From: Callorhinchus milii
Taxonomy: Eukaryota
DNA: 64,000 nt
Direction: 5' to 3'
Assembly: GCF_018977255.1 (NCBI RefSeq)
Contig: NW_024704742.1
Span: forward strand, 72,170,001 to 72,234,000
Shown here: piece by piece, positions 61,236 to 64,000 of the stretch
How the letters are laid out: each line of letters begins with the position of its first letter
Position numbering within the stretch: position 1 is the first letter of the stretch
The notes under the pieces: generated by a model
Database searches by the model: none
Told to the model about the DNA's origin: nothing
Seen by the model: the letters and a program-made list of their open reading frames with translations, nothing else
Made by a program: the position numbers and the translations under genes

Positions 61236-62224
61236 CTGTGGCACATCCGGCTGGTTCTGTAATAATAATAATCCTTATATTTGATACAGTGCCTTATCAC
61301 ATCGTTGAGACGTCTCAAAACGCTTCAAGGAATATACTGTAAAGTGAACTGACTGTAGTTGGCAAGAAGTGAATCTGGTAAAGCTGAACGAGTATTACAC
61401 TACGATTACTAACAAAATAAAGATAAAATTACTACTTTTATAGCTTTGTGGTCTTTTATAACCAGGACATGGGAGAATCTCTCCTCTATTTTCTAATAGT
61501 ACCAGAGGATCTTTATCTTCCACCTGAACAAGCAGACTTTGTTAATATCTCGCCCGAAAGCTGGCAATTCTGACAATGCAGCAACCCACACCCTGCCCCA
61601 TAATAAGCAATTGCGTCAGCCTAACCTGAGATCAAACCCCAACACAGGACTTCAAGAGGCAAGTGTTACCATTGGAACCAAATGTCTGCTGAGCAGAGCT
61701 TCAATACAATCTATATTTATACAGTGCTTTTCAAGTCAGGAGGATGCCTCAAAGTGCTTGACAAAGCTAGCCTGGTACCTGAGCTGGGGATGGGAGGGTA
61801 AAAGATGAACAAAACTACGATAGGTTTCAATTGCACATCCTCAGCTGCCAGACCATTGCGTGGTGAAGCCATGGAGCTGGGTGGGAGAAAATGCCATTCT
61901 TACACAGGCCAGCCTCTGCTGAGTGCGGCTCGCGAACCAAATAGCAGCAGAAAGGAATCGGTTCCAAAGGAAGCCACCCTGAGCTCACTGAGATCAGCAC
62001 TGACACCATGCAAAAACGTATTTGCTAAAGAACCTCAGGCTGGTGTTGGTGCTCTGCAATGCCTGTGGCAAGTCAGACATCATTCAAACCAGCCTCATCA
62101 GTGCTGAGCAACCGGCTAGCTCAGTGGTGCTGAATAAAATAAAACTCAACTGAAAACACACTGCCGATCGAACACGGACTTATTTAGACTTGTGTGGATG
62201 TTAAGGGGGCCGCTTCTGGCCTGC

Positions 62225-62570
62225 GGGCTAGATTGGCCAGTGCTGGCCGGAGCCTGCTGAGTGAAGGGAGTGGACAGATTGATATGGTAGGTCGTAGAGA
62301 TAGGAAGGAGCAAGGCCGTGGAGGGCTTTAATGGCGAGGAGAGCATTTTGAACTCTATCTTCTGAGGATGGGAAGTCAGTGGAGCCTAGTGCGGAAGAGG
62401 ACGCGAGCTGCAGAGTTCTGGATGATCTGCAGCTTGTGGAGGGAAGAGATAGAAAGGCTGACAAGCAGTGAGTTGGCGTATTTGAGACTAGATGTAATAA
62501 ATGCGTAGATGAGGATTTTGGCGGTCTGAGGGTAGAGGCAGTGTCAGAGCTGGGCGATGTCTCAAATGGA
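62225..62570 (-). mobile_element. Old L2 fragment
   Basis: [14 protein letters not shown] motif on the minus strand. Confidence 0.65.
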
Positions 62571-63435
62571 TCAAAGCAGATAGAAAAACACAGTAACCAG
62601 CATTGGTATAACAAACGCACAGACAGTAACCCAGTAACAGCCAGTAACCAGGGAAACCCAATCTGATATTGCACACACAGCCAATATTCTAGTATTGCCT
62701 GTTGCTGTGTTTGCCAGACGTGCTGGGTGGCTGCAGTAAGCTGCATTGTCAGATCTGCTGAGTTACAGGGCCCTGACCTGTCTGCAATGTGTCTCGATTG
62801 CCTGATTACTGCTCAATGCCATAGGTCTCTGGAAGGAACACACATACAGCAATGGTTACCATCACCTGCGAGGCTGAATAACAAGATGAAATTGTGAGTT
62901 CATTGCTCCTGGGGCTCAGTGCCACTTTCCCCTGGCCTCTCTCAGGGTCAGGACTGCTCCTGACCCCACTTCTGAAAGTGAAGCCCTCGTTCCGTGAATG
63001 GTTTTGCTTGGTTTCTGATGGTTTTGACTAAGTGCCAATGCTGGCAGGGTATCGACGACAATCACCTTCATTCTGAGGTGGAGTCATTAATGTTGGAACA
63101 TCTCACTGTGCTTCACAAGTAACTGCTGTCAAGTGTAATGAGCATTCACCAAGAAGATCCCTCAAACAGCCATAAAGTGAATGATCAATTTATCTGGAGG
63201 TTTGTTAGCCAGCCCAAAGAGAAACTCCCTCGTCTTTTCCAAGTGAGATCAGATCTTTGACGTTCACCTGAATGGGCAGACAGAACCTCAGCTTGTCTCA
63301 CGTGATGGACAGCACCTCCAACACCGCACTGACATGTGAGTCTGAAGGGCGAGCTCAGAGTCCCCGAAGGTCTATTGACCGAGCCACAACTCGCATTCCT
63401 CTCACCATTCTCTCCTCTAACTCTGAGCTAAACCG

Positions 63436-63782
63436 GTCTTGTTGCTCAGTGGTTAGAGCACTCGCATCGCAAGCGAGAGGATCTGGGTTCAATTCCCGAG
63501 CAGGGCAAAACGTCGGGCAAGTTTCCTTACTCCACACGCCTAGATTTACCTAGGCGATTGGCGGATTGCTTTTCCGGGGGTAATGATCCCTTCAAAAAAA
63601 AGAAATTAAGAATAATTTGGTCATTCAATCTACAACTGTTTGTGGGACACTGTTGTGCGCAATTGATTGCCACATTTTGCCCACAAAATAGTCAATTCAC
63701 TTTACAGTATATCCTGTGAAGCGCTGTGAGATGCCTCGAAGACCTGATGAGGCGCTGTATCAAATGCAAGGATTATTATTGT
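63436..63782 (+). mobile_element. tRNA-derived SINE, full length
   Basis: Head, middle, and tail ending aaatgcaaggattattatt. Confidence 0.85.
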
Positions 63783-64000
63783 TACTTATTAAGAACAGCA
63801 AGGTTACATGGAGATACAAGTGCTCAACAGGTTTCTGTTGGACTGTTTAGCAAAAGGACATTCCCTTGATACATTATTCTTATGTCAAGAACTCCCATGA
63901 GTATATTCTGTGAAGTGCTTTGAGAGTCTTGAAGACCTGATACGGGCACTATATCAAATGCAAGGATTATTATAATAACTTGTGAGTGTGCAGGTGCGAA

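Noticed and set aside
60560..64000. Upstream RRM exons of the ZNF638-like gene
   Set aside because: No exon with RRM-like sequence and good splice sites found by eye; probably beyond the window.

Overview
GC-rich, repeat-dense vertebrate genomic DNA, most likely from a cartilaginous fish (SacSINE1/DeuSINE-like SINEs, CR1 and L2 LINEs). The gene content matches the human 2p13 neighbourhood. Genes from left to right: (1) the first two coding exons of a neurofilament-light-like type IV intermediate filament gene (minus strand, runs off the left edge), with an extra head-domain intron bounded by a duplicated GCAG|GTGAG; (2) HTRA2 exons 1-3, with exon 1 on + but exons 2-3 on -; (3) the 5' part of a probable TTC31-like gene, cut mid-exon; (4) a compact 18-exon ALMS1 (about 2,144 aa, one apparent 1-nt frameshift); (5) the 3' half of a ZNF638-like matrin-family gene (minus strand). 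The blocks on both sides of the 25-N gap (19641-19665) appear inverted, and a 0.9-kb segment is duplicated, so misassembly is the most likely explanation there. Nearly all long ORFs in the track outside these exons are repeat or LINE artefacts. All homology calls are from recalled protein motifs, not database searches. I found no convincing wholly new system. The best leads are the neurofilament intron gain/recursive splice site, a SINE-L2 partner pair with a covarying 3' stem, and an inverted MITE pair bracketing in-frame-skippable ALMS1 exons.
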